From: Oopsacas minuta
Lineage: Eukaryota > Animalia > Porifera
DNA: 64,000 bases
Reading direction: 5' to 3'
Assembly (NCBI GenBank): GCA_024704765.1
Contig: JAKMXF010000339.1
Location: forward strand, 62,001-126,000
The position numbers and the translations under genes are program-made. Below the pieces are notes generated by a model that saw only the letters and a list, made by a program, of their open reading frames with translations, did no database searches and was not told the DNA's origin. Within the stretch, counting starts at the first letter, position 1. Each line of letters begins with the position of its first letter. Below, piece by piece: positions 1-12,100 of this stretch.

Positions 1-734
1 CACAGAGTACAATTCTCGAATCTTTGCTCCCTATGCTCGTAATACATTAGATTAATACATATAAACATTTGGATTTTGTCTAATCCTACGATTTGCCAAT
101 TTGAAAATAGATATACTATCACAATCAACCATGAGTATGGTGATGTCACTATTAGTATAGAAAATGTATACCACTCAACATCTATTACACCTCATCAATT
201 GTAAGTATTATTCTATCTTATATAAAAATAGAGTTTTCAGCATTTTAGAATTCAGGGACGTCACGTCGGATTAGCAAAAATAGAGAACATTTTGTGAATG
301 TGTGCTAACCACTATAAATTTATCTAAACCTCAAAATTTGTAAATGATTCTTTGCTACCAACACCTCCACTATAGTAACGTCAAAGTTAAGGTGGAGACA
401 GCTTAGTCTATCATTTCAATTTGTTTAAGGTGGTACTATTATTGGAGCCACTATGTGTCGGAATAAACTTTGAAAGAAAAAATAATGCTACTTAAACAAC
501 TTTAATTAGTCTACTAAGCTGTCGGTACAGATTACAATTTCCATTTTAAGCTCGCTACGCTTGGAATTGCTATAAAATACATTTTAATTTTGACACATCA
601 GATAGTTAAGATAATCCAGTTCTAATCTTGGTTTGAAAATAATACCAAAGTTTCCAAATAAGGATTAAGAAATTGAATTGTATGCAAAATGCTTACATGA
701 GGATTAGGTTTTGTGGCCATTTGACTAGAAATCG

Positions 735-2310
735 AAATAATGAGTTATGACAGTCAGTTGAAAACTTGATTCGGAATAATGACAGCCAATTGAAAACCTC
801 GTCGACCTAGGAGAGTGGTTCTCAGGCCAGGGTACGCGTATCCCTGGGATAGGCAAACAGTTTTTTCAGCGGTACGGCGAAAGTTTAAACTATAAGTTAA
901 CGCCTTTGATTAGGTTATTATTTGTGGCTGCGGTCGGCTTTCTACAAACGGATATGGCTATATTCCATTATTCGGTACATTGGTTTGTACATAATTCACA
1001 CTTGTATATCGCGTTATTCTCCATATAAATTGGAATGCTCAAATTGAAAATACACTTACTTTGTGGTAACTGCGTAAATTCATATGGAAACATGTAAAAG
1101 CGGAAGTACGATGAAAGTTATGTCCAATACGGAGATACACCCATATTCAAAGAGGGACGTGAACTACAACAATGTGTGCTATAAAGTGCTATCTGAGGGA
1201 TCGATGAAGCAAGGTTTTCTAAATCGGCATCTCACCGAGTGCCACTCAGATCGTGCTGATAAGGATGTTGATTCTTTAAGCACAAAGAAGCAGGAGTAAA
1301 GCGAATTCGTATTAATCATTGTGGGCAACTTAGCCAACAGACTCAAGCAAGTCTTCGTGACTAGTACATAGTGGCGTTGCGGATAGCTAAAGAAAAGAAA
1401 GCACGCACAATTGCAGATAGGCTTGTAATACCCTGTTGTAAGAATATCATGCAGAGACTTTTTGGAGGTAGTGCAGAAAAGAAGTTTTACTCTCTGCCTC
1501 TATCAAATGACACAATTAAGCGAAAAATTATAGATATGGCAAACGATGTTGAGGCAATTGAGTAGCCGGTAGTTGCGGAATTCTGGGAGACCCATTGAAT
1601 ACTTTTTCAATCTGTTACATCAAAGATGGTGATTTAAAGGGAGACTACCATTTTTCCGCTCGTTAGAAACAACTACAAGAGGAGATGATGGATTCTTGCT
1701 GGTCTCCTGTTTCTTTGAGAAAATGAGACTATCTAGAATGTCTCAGGTTGTATAACAGATGGTGGGCCTGTATGTATAGAATTCGTTCAGGATTTCAAGC
1801 TCTAGTAAAGACAGTGAATTAAAAATATGCCCCGAGCGAGATTATCTATGCGAGCTGATCTTCGTCTTGCACTTTCAAAAACGGACTCACAAATCGAACT
1901 TAATATCGAACACACAGGATAAACCCTCTCACAAATAAATTCTGAATGCATTAATCAAAGACTTGGGTAAAGTTTCACAATACAGTCCAAAAATGACATT
2001 GTAAAAGTTGGAGAACAGTTGTTCTAGGCCAATTGAAAAACCACTCGAAAAAAATTACAGTGAAATTTAAACCTATTCAAATAATGAAAGTTAACTAATA
2101 ATAAATTCAAACCACTGAAAGTCAATAAAAAACCTTATTCGAACTAATGAAAGTTATTTGAAAACCCATTCCAACCAATGTAAGTTAAGTGAAAATTCAT
2201 TCCAACTAGTGAGTAATGACAGTTAATTGAACCCTAATTCAAATTATGAAAATAAATTGAAAACAAATTCGAATCAATACAGTTAATTGATAATTCATTC
2301 GAAAGAATGC
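735..2310. repeat. Degenerate ~31-bp tandem array (consensus ~AATGAAAGTTAATTGAAAACCCATTCGAACT), split by a hAT insertion
   Basis: About 2 units at 735-804 and about 9 units at 2030-2310. Confidence 0.7.
813..2021 (+). mobile_element. Internally deleted Buster/Charlie-type hAT element (ZBED5/FAM200-like transposase remnants)
   Basis: Ends GAGTGGTTCTC... and ...GAGAACAGTTG; nnnTAnnn target sites acctagga/ttctaggc; remnants CYKVLSEGSMK..LNRHL, ALRIAKEKK..TI..LVIPC, PLSNDTIKRKI, TDG..GFQAL, RADLRLALSKT. Confidence 0.8.
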
Positions 2311-3114
2311 AAATTCAACGCTTAGGTACTCGTAGAATGCCAGAACAATATTAGATAAGAATATGAATATGGAAGGTAAAGACAGTACAGTTGAAAGCGG
2401 GTTATTTTGACAATTTTATTGCACTGCCAAAAAGACAAAATAACTCATTATGCTAAATACTGATAATAAGATGATCTTATATATAACAAATATACACAAA
2501 TTGATTATAAGCATGAAAGCTGATAATAATTGCCATTAATTAAAGCAGGTACTAATCCAGTATTTTGAAAAATCACTAACACGTATATAAGAGAATCAGT
2601 CCAACCGAGTTTCGAATTGTTTACAACATCAGATAGACAAAAAACTTCGAAAATTTTATATCAGAATTTCGGATAAAGAATATTAATACTGAAATGACGA
2701 TAAAAACAAGTGTCAAAATACACATTATAAATGTAATTTGAAAATCGTTAACAAACAATGATCCATGGGGAAATTAGGAAATTAAGCAAAATTACATTGT
2801 ATGGGAAAATCCATCAGTTTTCCCATCGGTTTCTCATAGAAGAATTCCCATAGAAATACAATGATTCCGATTCTGACGGCCACCCCGGAAAATGAAACAC
2901 TAGTGGCCAGAGTTACATCCAGCTTTTCTGAACCATAGGCCTAAAATGTTCGTCTTCATGTTCACGCGCGTCTAGAGTATACATTTAGTACTACGGTATG
3001 GGGTCTTCCGCGAATTTTGACGAGGATAAATCTATTTTTGCTGAAATTTATCCGCTTGCTGGCGCGTGGCATACGCCTGGATAAACTCTGCTAGTGGGTG
3101 AAGATTGCGTTAAG

Positions 3115-3193
3115 TTAACTAAAGTGTTCGGTTAATTGATGTTCTACGGTAGCTGAAGTAATTATATCAGGATTCTCACATATTATAGGGTAT
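3115..3193 (-). CDS. FRMPD: FRMPD-like terminal exon 8 (R-YPIICENPDIITSATVEHQLTEHFS*)
   Basis: Acceptor ttattacag; in-phase continuation after a 279-nt intron to TAA. Confidence 0.6.
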
Positions 3194-6100
3194 CTGTAAT
3201 AATAAAAGGAGTAGTAGTTAGTAATGTGATTTCTCAATAAAATAGTTCACGATGAGGTTTGATTAGGGGATAACTTTTCATAGGTGTTAAATTTTGCCAA
3301 ATAATTGTAAAGTCAGCCAAGTAATCTTCTAGTTTCTCAATCAATTGGGGAAAATATAAACATTTACACATACAGATATACATAGAGTTATTGATAAATA
3401 CTGAAAAGTCACAAATTTGACTGACATCGAATGGATAACTTTCGTACCACCCAGTTCGAGCCTAAATATTACCTGAATGTAGAAATCGAATGGGATATAG
3501 AATCATTGAGTATCAGTACAGGCTTCACTCTCTGTGAATAATAGGATTGTAGAACTTCACCGAGTTCACATCCATCATAGAGCCGCATTATGAAAATCAG
3601 CTCCTTGCCATTAACACAGGTCAAACGTACTTTACTTAGATCATCTCTCCTGCTGAATTCAGTCACATGCACCTAATTACAGTATACGAACTAGTAAAGG
3701 TATGAATATAGATCGAGGATAAATATAAAATTAACAAACTAGGAATATTGCATACAAATCAATTTTTACCTCATCAAGCGAGTGTTATCTTAGCAGCCGA
3801 TTCAAATCCCCACTAAAACACATTTTCTCAAAAAGTATGGGTTCTATTTGGAAAAGAACCATGCCAGTGTCAAGAGGAAAGTTGGTACATTTCATATCAT
3901 CACTCATAATCGCCAAATTTTGCATGATGAGTAAGCAATTTTGCATTACATTTTGGTCGAGGTTTTTAATTAATATCTCCTGAAATAATTGTGATAATAA
4001 CTTCTCATTTTAATCATATTTACATCTCACTTGGTACATTGTGTATATCCAATTTGAAATCAAAATAATTATTTTTGAAAAAGTTATGAACGCCCGAACT
4101 TTACATAGGAATTACATAGACGACCAGTTTGTACTATCAATAATGAAGTATATATGACATTACAGTGTACGTAAATTTTGATAAGTATTTAGTATCATTT
4201 TCAATTCTATAGTTCCAATTCTATTGTGGTTTCTAAATAATAATCAAAGATATATGAAATTTTAATAAATAACACAACACCATTGTAATGACAGTTATCA
4301 TACATTATACGAAACATTACTTTTTGAATAGAAAAGAGTAAACAAATCGAAAGTATTACAAGATACTGATTAACCAGATATTATAGTTTGTCTGTCTATC
4401 TTTTCTGTATTGAACTGATTGATGAACCAATGAGAAATACTGATTGAATTTCCCTTGTCTATTAGAACAGGCTAAACCTAAAACAGGTAGTACTATTTAT
4501 GTAAAATCTTTACAGCTATACGTATAAGGAAGAGCAACAAATATCTTGACCAGATAAGATTTGAAGTGATGATCAACACTTCGATTTGTAATTATTAATG
4601 CCAGAATGGTAAGAGAATCGAGAGTTAACTCCAGGACATGGGTCTCCAAATGAATGTTCCAAAAAATAGATAGTAACTTCTTTCTGATTCAAATTTGTAC
4701 AAATTGTAAAGTAAATGTTTGTAAGAGAGATTTGTAGATATGATTCCTAGATTGATTAAGATAATTGTAAGGATAAGAATATAGATTTCATGTTCATTAT
4801 TTACTTGAATATTAAAATATCTTCCAGAACTTTGCATATTGGTGTTGCGTTAGTTTCCAAATCCTGCGTAATATAATCCAGCTTTTAAACGTATCTTGGT
4901 TAGAGAAAAGGTCATAGAATTGTTCCATATAATCCAACTGTCGATACATATACGTATATACTTACATTTGTGATTTTTGTCGCAATCAATTTACATATTT
5001 AGATGAGATCTCACAAAATATTCAAGATTGATTTATACAAAATATTTATTGTTCCACTAATAATCTTGTTGGTAAATATATAATTTTCGCTGCCATAAAT
5101 TGAAACCAATGATTAGGTTGCTTTTAATAATAAATTCTGACACATTTGCATATAACTACAGTCAACTGCCCTTATATTGGAAACAAGTAACCGCAATAAT
5201 CACTTCTATATACGCGGATTTCAATATAACCGATGACATTTATGTTTCTTTAACGATTTGTGACTATATTTGTATAATGTCAGACTTCGATATAGCAAGG
5301 ATTTCTAATTATCCATGTTTGATATACCGAGAGTTGACTGTGTAACATTACAAAATGAATTAAGAAATATACTCACATGATTGAATTGAAATGAAATTTA
5401 GTAGGACTGTTGTATGAAGAAAATTTGTGGAAGAAATGAAGTTGAAATAAAATGAAGTTGAAGAATATCAAAAGTATTAAGGTTGTGAGAAACGAAATAA
5501 ATCAATTATAGTGTTACAAATGCTTTGTTGATTGATATTACATTCTTAATTTAATACTAAGTTCAAAAATCTAAACAGACATAACTGGTCCTAATAATTG
5601 AGAAGGAATACATTTGAACTCAAGAATTCAGTCATCATAAGTAAATTTATGCTAAGAATATTCAAGTAATCAATACATAGCTACAAAGCATACAAATCAT
5701 CAAGCAAAAACTGGTCGTTTATGTAATTCCTATGTAAAGTTAGGCGTTCATAACTTTTTCAAAAATAATTAGTTCAAATTGGATATACACAATGTACCAA
5801 GTGAGATGTAAATATGATTAAAATGAGAGTTATTATCACAATTATTTCAGGAGATATTAATTAAAAACCTCGACCAAAATGTAATGCAAAATTGCTTACT
5901 CATCACGCAAAATTTGGCGATTATGAGTGATGATATGAAATGTACCAACTTTCTTCTTGGCACTGGTATGGTTCTTTTCAAAATAGAACCCATACATTTT
6001 GAGAAAAAGGTGTTTTAGTGGGGACTTGAATCGGCTGCTGAATCGGCTGCTAAGATAACACTCGTCCTCATTAAGCATATACGTATAACCAAATATTTAG

Positions 6101-9100
6101 AGAAAATGGTAGTACATAAAGGACTGTTATGTTCACAATATTCAGGCCATTCTTTACTCAAGGTTCATAAAATTGATATACTACAAGAAAAAGGGAATAG
6201 GAAATTTTCAATTGTTATTAATACTTTCGGTTTCTTTGATATTGAATTGTATCAAGTGGCAGGTACATAAATGTCATAATAGTATTGGGAGCGGTTGGAA
6301 CGAGGCGAGATAGTATAATATTTGACAAGAATATAGATCATGCTTTCTAAAACTATACAACTTTACGACCCGATGCAATAAGATAAGATCCATCACTCTG
6401 TGGCGATGTCGGATTTAGGGGGGGAGGCAAGAGGCACACATCAGCAAAGTAATATATATAGCATAGGATTCTAAAATGAAAGCAAAATATTTCTAAATTG
6501 TGAATCCAGGATATTATATCAATTTGAGACCTTAAATATTTACACACCCAACGAACTTCTGTATGTAACTGTAGGCATTGACATTTTCATTACTAAGTTG
6601 AAGGAAAAAGACAAGTTTTGGGGGCATTAGATTTAATGAAATTGACAGCCTTGATTAGGATGTTAATGGAAATGTTTAGGCAGCCCAAGTGTTGGCCATG
6701 GACGACTCAATGAATGCAAAATAGAGAAGGAGTGCTAAATTCAAATAAACTAATATACCACCATACCGACCATAGAAGTGCTCCATCATTAGTGCGTGTA
6801 GTTATATTAGAAAGAGGAATATTCATTTCTATCAAATAGGATTTAACCACATGAAAAATAGATTCACCTTGGTGTCTGTATCAAAAAAGCTTGCAAAGAG
6901 TATTATCTCTGTAGTTGACTTCCATTAATAGATCGGACATAGGTGAGCAATAAGGTCATATTGTTATACACAGCTAATTTATCAATTTATAAGGCAAACG
7001 CCATTAGTTTCAAGTTTGATAGCAATTGCATTCCACATCTAGCCATTTCACCCATGCGGCCTTGACATGGTTGAGTTGATGAGAGGAATACACTTAGTTT
7101 TGTCTGTTACGTTATGTTGCACAACAGTAGAGTTAAAAACTGACATACGGTATGAGAGGCAAGTAGTCCTACTTCTGTTTCACTTCTATTTCTTGCCACG
7201 ATATTATCAAGAGTTTTCTAATATGGAATCCTCAAGAAATTTTGGAAATAGATAAGTGGTTAGATATTATGTCTTTGTAATTTGTTTCCAAATCCCTTCG
7301 CAAGAAAGAGGCACGCATACATCATCAGGTAAATTGGTGTGACAAATGAGGCCGATTAGAATTATAAAATCGTGTTGTGACTGAACAAATCCATATGCTA
7401 GGTAGTTCAGCTAATATTTAGGAATTCTTATAAGGTGCAGTAGCCATTTACTTAGCAAATAAAATAATTGGAATATCTATGCTATTAAAACGCGATTAAT
7501 CTATGTAAATATACCCACAGCGCTGAGGGGCAGCTTAATGCAGCAGGTTAGTTTGAGTATAAAGAGCTAATTTCTTGACGCTTTGGTTCCTACGCGAAGA
7601 CACCGAATATACTCGACACAAGGTGCCTGGAGGCCATTATTTCTTATCCAAGCAAGGACCAAAATACCTCAGTGGGTAAAAATTCACCTTGGATCTTTCA
7701 GTTACTTAATCAATTCTGAACATACAAACATAATATACGTCATAAATACCGATAATTGCGTCCAAATAGTATAGAAGAGCGCACATCCGTTGTTAGGTCA
7801 CTACACGACTGTAGGACGTCTTTTATGTATGTGCCTAGGTTTAGAGTAAGCATTAAACAGCTAAATTTGTTAGAGCTTTTTGGGGGGCTACCTAGGCCTA
7901 CATACCTCGAGGATAATTCTTTGCCGAAATATTAATTCATTATTATCCATGGTCGATCAAATACATTTAAAGACCTTCTGTACTGGAGCTGTTACGTAGT
8001 CTTTGGTTGGTAATCTGGGCACCTCGTGCCTTAGTATTACAAAATTGAAAATATTTCGAAATTTGGAAAAAGGTGATGATAACGACATAATTTCGTCATG
8101 ACTCGAAGTTATACAAGCAAGACCTAGAATACAGCTCTATGCTAAAGATCAGCAATCGAGGTCTTACAGTTTATTCGATTAATTCAGGAAAAAAATAATA
8201 TTCACACCTAATTATGACCTAATTGTCACCTTTTGGGATTTTCGAAAAATCACATTATATGCCACTGCTCACCCAATATACGTGATCGAAGGTACCTCAA
8301 CATGGGAAATGTCCTCACATCATGATATTGACCAAATCCAAACTCATATGCTTATTACGTCATCAGTGTCACTACAGAAGGCCATTAATACATTCGCAAC
8401 GGGACCTAAAAGTGAAGCCATAAAATAATACTGGCTCACAATAAGCATCACAGATAATCTTGTTATTTGAAGGAATTTATTATATTTGCATATTTCGCGA
8501 GATTATCATGACTTTCTGATTTTCTAACGCTGTTTCCTAACAATTGTAAGATAATCGGAATTTGGTGGAAAATATGTATACTTTTTCCGTATTAGAAAGT
8601 TTATTCTAAACTAAGACCTTATTATGTATAGCTATTTCAATAGACCTTAACATTAAATAAACATAATTACAATACTGAAATATAGTCACCAATGCAAACT
8701 ATAATCTTTGTGACACACCGATGGGTCAAGTCATATATTTGGAATTTCACTGTCACCCACATCGGGTTACACAGTAAATAAGGAATATCACTGTGACCTA
8801 CCAGTGGGTTAGTCCGTTGCGAATGTTTTAAATGGAATTTGAATGGACCATGGATAATAAAATCTGATTATTCATGGTACATTCAAATTACATTTAAACA
8901 TAAATTTCTGATACATTATATACTCGATGCAGATAGTGTCGAGTACCCCCTGTCACATAGTGACCAAAAGCATTAAAAATTTACTATTGTTCAGCATCCT
9001 CTTATGAAAATCTTCTTGGCTCCTTTTTTTATTATTCCTATCCTCAATGTTTCGCATAATTTATTATTTTCAACGAATTCGGCAAGCAGGACGCCATAGT

Positions 9101-12100
9101 ATGGAGAGAAATTCTTCTTCATAAACTTCTCCTGCACAACAACAAATAATACACATATACCTATACATCCGGGAAATGAGTGGGCTCGACTTGCCTCCCT
9201 CTCACATACTGCACAATTTATACTTGTTATACTTCTCAATTCTATTCCTAAACTAATGGATATATGCTACTAAACTGTGCCGTGAAAATGATATAGGAGG
9301 TTGAGGAACGATGAATCCTTCTACAGGTTGCAATAAAAAGTATGAAGTTCTGGGATAGGATATGGAGATTCGTGATAATTATCGCAAGATATTCTGAATC
9401 AGGCATATTCCACGGCTACTAGGAAAGATTCACACAACCTCTACCTTTCAAAACGAAGGATATTACAATTAAGAATTCCTTTACTAATTCTTCAGCTAAA
9501 TGATACAATGAACTCCAAACTTCAATATAAATAGTTTGCTCTCTTTCAAATGTTCAAAGGTTTATCTCTCTAAGAGGTATTTCAGTAATTGAATTGCAAC
9601 TCAACTTAAACAATGATCTAGAAATTCCAAAATCCTGTAAATAGTATATTTTCGCATATATCTAAAATGCACTCTACGCTTATGTATGTACTAACTCATG
9701 GACTTATTTCCATTTCCATTGTAATTGTTTGTTTATCAATATTCTTTTATCGTTCTTCTGTACTTGTAATTGTATATTTTCCTAAACAGAGACCCTATGG
9801 ACGATCAGCTTGTGTGAATAGGTCATCCTCTTAGAATCAAGTGAACTTTAACAATCTCAAAAATTCACCCAACTTTGATCATTATTATACAATAACATAG
9901 AAGATAATGCATCTTTCACTTCTCGGTTCCCACTCAATACAGCTCCTTGACATTCTGGATGGCGAGGATTTCACCGTGACACGATAGGTGGAAATATGAT
10001 CAAATTCATGAACTCGAATCTCTTTGAAATCTGAATTTTCGAATTCAGTATCCTCGTAAACCTCATAAACAATTTGGATTATTATAATTACTGTCAAGTT
10101 TGATTATATAGCCATTAATGCTAGATCTGACGAGAGTAAAAAATAGACAATTTCAGGTCAGATGTAATTAGAAATATTCTAGCTTGTGCTATATACATGA
10201 ATAGATAGCAATTTTACTCAGATGTAATCAGAAATATTCTAACTTGTACTATATATATATATATCAATTGATATCTATTTTACTGTTGAATATTATGCAA
10301 TCTAAAATGCTACTTCTTTGAACATTTCGATAGTAATGTTCCAATTATAAACATAAATAAATGTAAAATTTCTATAAATAGATCCCGCCATTTAAATGTG
10401 AAATAACATTAATCGACTTCAATTGAACTATAATCTATCTAAATCTTGCTTCTATCAAATCTTCACTATCATCATCAATTTTCTCGACGTGTTAATTAGT
10501 AAGAACTACGTCAGGAAGTGGTCGAAGTAATTTGGATGAGCCAAATCCAACAACTCTTAGATTGTGGTTGAGGAACTAAGGATCGACTCGAGGCTCCGTC
10601 CCACCCGAAAATTGTGCCCCCGGTCAATCCCTAGTCCTGAAAGGGCCTTCAAATTCACTTGCTATCATTCCACATGTAGCTTGCCATCATATATGTTTAC
10701 GAGCTTCTAATAGTTGGCTAATAAATGTCCTGAGTTCAACTAATAGATTGGTCGAGTATTTTCTACGAGATTGCGATATTTAGCTTACCTCATCCCACAT
10801 TTCCCTCACTGCAACGACACTATTCGTATATTGGCTGGTGTTCTGTGAGTATATTTGTTAGATGCTGAAAATTTTACAGAATACTACCAATACAGATAAC
10901 CTGTCACTTCGAAGCCCAAAACCTTTGATGATACCTATGCAACCTAAATATTCTATATATAACATAAATAATGCTAAAATTATCACCACTTCATACAATT
11001 GATTAAACATTTCGATTATAATACTATATACACTTCCTGGCCAAAAGTATTGGAACACCATACCACTAATGACACATGTGGCATATGGCACATTGGGAGA
11101 ATATACATATTGAATAGTATGTGGATATATCAGAAAAGGCGATTGTAATGATCAAATTAATGATAGAATTAAGTTCACAGATGTTTGAAACTATCTTCAG
11201 CCTAGCAACTAAAGTAAATACGTATATATATTTGTGCCATGTGCCAATTGTGGCAGAGTGTTCCAATACTTTTGGCCAGGAAGTGTAGGTTAATTCAAAT
11301 TTTAGCCATGTAAGGTGCTAGATACCTCTTGTTAGTATCCTGTAAAATTAGAAGCTTCTTATCACACATACCAGCAAAGTGCCAGCAAATATTGGATATT
11401 GTCATTTCAGTAACGTACAGGGGCATTCAATATATACTAATCACTGTATATTTTTAATGAAATAGCAGTTCTAAGCTAGTATTTCTCAGTGCAATTATAT
11501 AGAACCATATTTCAACTTTCTAACAAAACTTAGAGAGAGTTGATCACTTAATTATTTCCTAAGTTTCAGTTATTTTTAGAAACCTACATTTTCTCCTTTA
11601 CATTTTTCATGGCTTCTTGTCCAAATTTTTCGGAACTTGAACAACGAACGTACATCAAATTTCGCACCATTCTCGAAATCCCTCCAAAGTCTATTCATGA
11701 CGAGTTGGCAACGATATGTGGAGAAGATACTTTATCGTATTCAACTATCAGAAGGTGGGTGAGCCTATTTAGGGAAGGTAGGACCTCTGTCCAAGACGCC
11801 CCTCGTCCTCGAGCACCAAAACTGGCGACCAACAATGACAAATTGAGTGAAGTAGAGGAATATGTCAAGTCTTTTCCGCATTCTTCAGTTGAGGAGGTAG
11901 CTAACTATGTTGGCATTTCAACGGGAAGTGCACACACAATTCTGAACACGGATTTAGAACTGAGGAAGGTCCAAGTGCGATGGGTACCACATTGCTTAAC
12001 TTTTCCACAAAAGGCCGCGAGACTCCAAATGGCTAAGGAAAACCTTGAAATTTATGAAGGAAGTGACCCTAGGCGGTTATTAGAGATAGTAACAGGAGAT

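Noticed and set aside
2030-2310. CRISPR-like array
   Set aside because: The units are degenerate, directly tandem and lack unique spacers; the context is eukaryotic with no cas genes.
2415-2420. AATAAA (minus strand) as the polyadenylation signal of the FRMPD-like gene
   Set aside because: The hexamer is common in AT-rich DNA and cannot be supported without transcript data.
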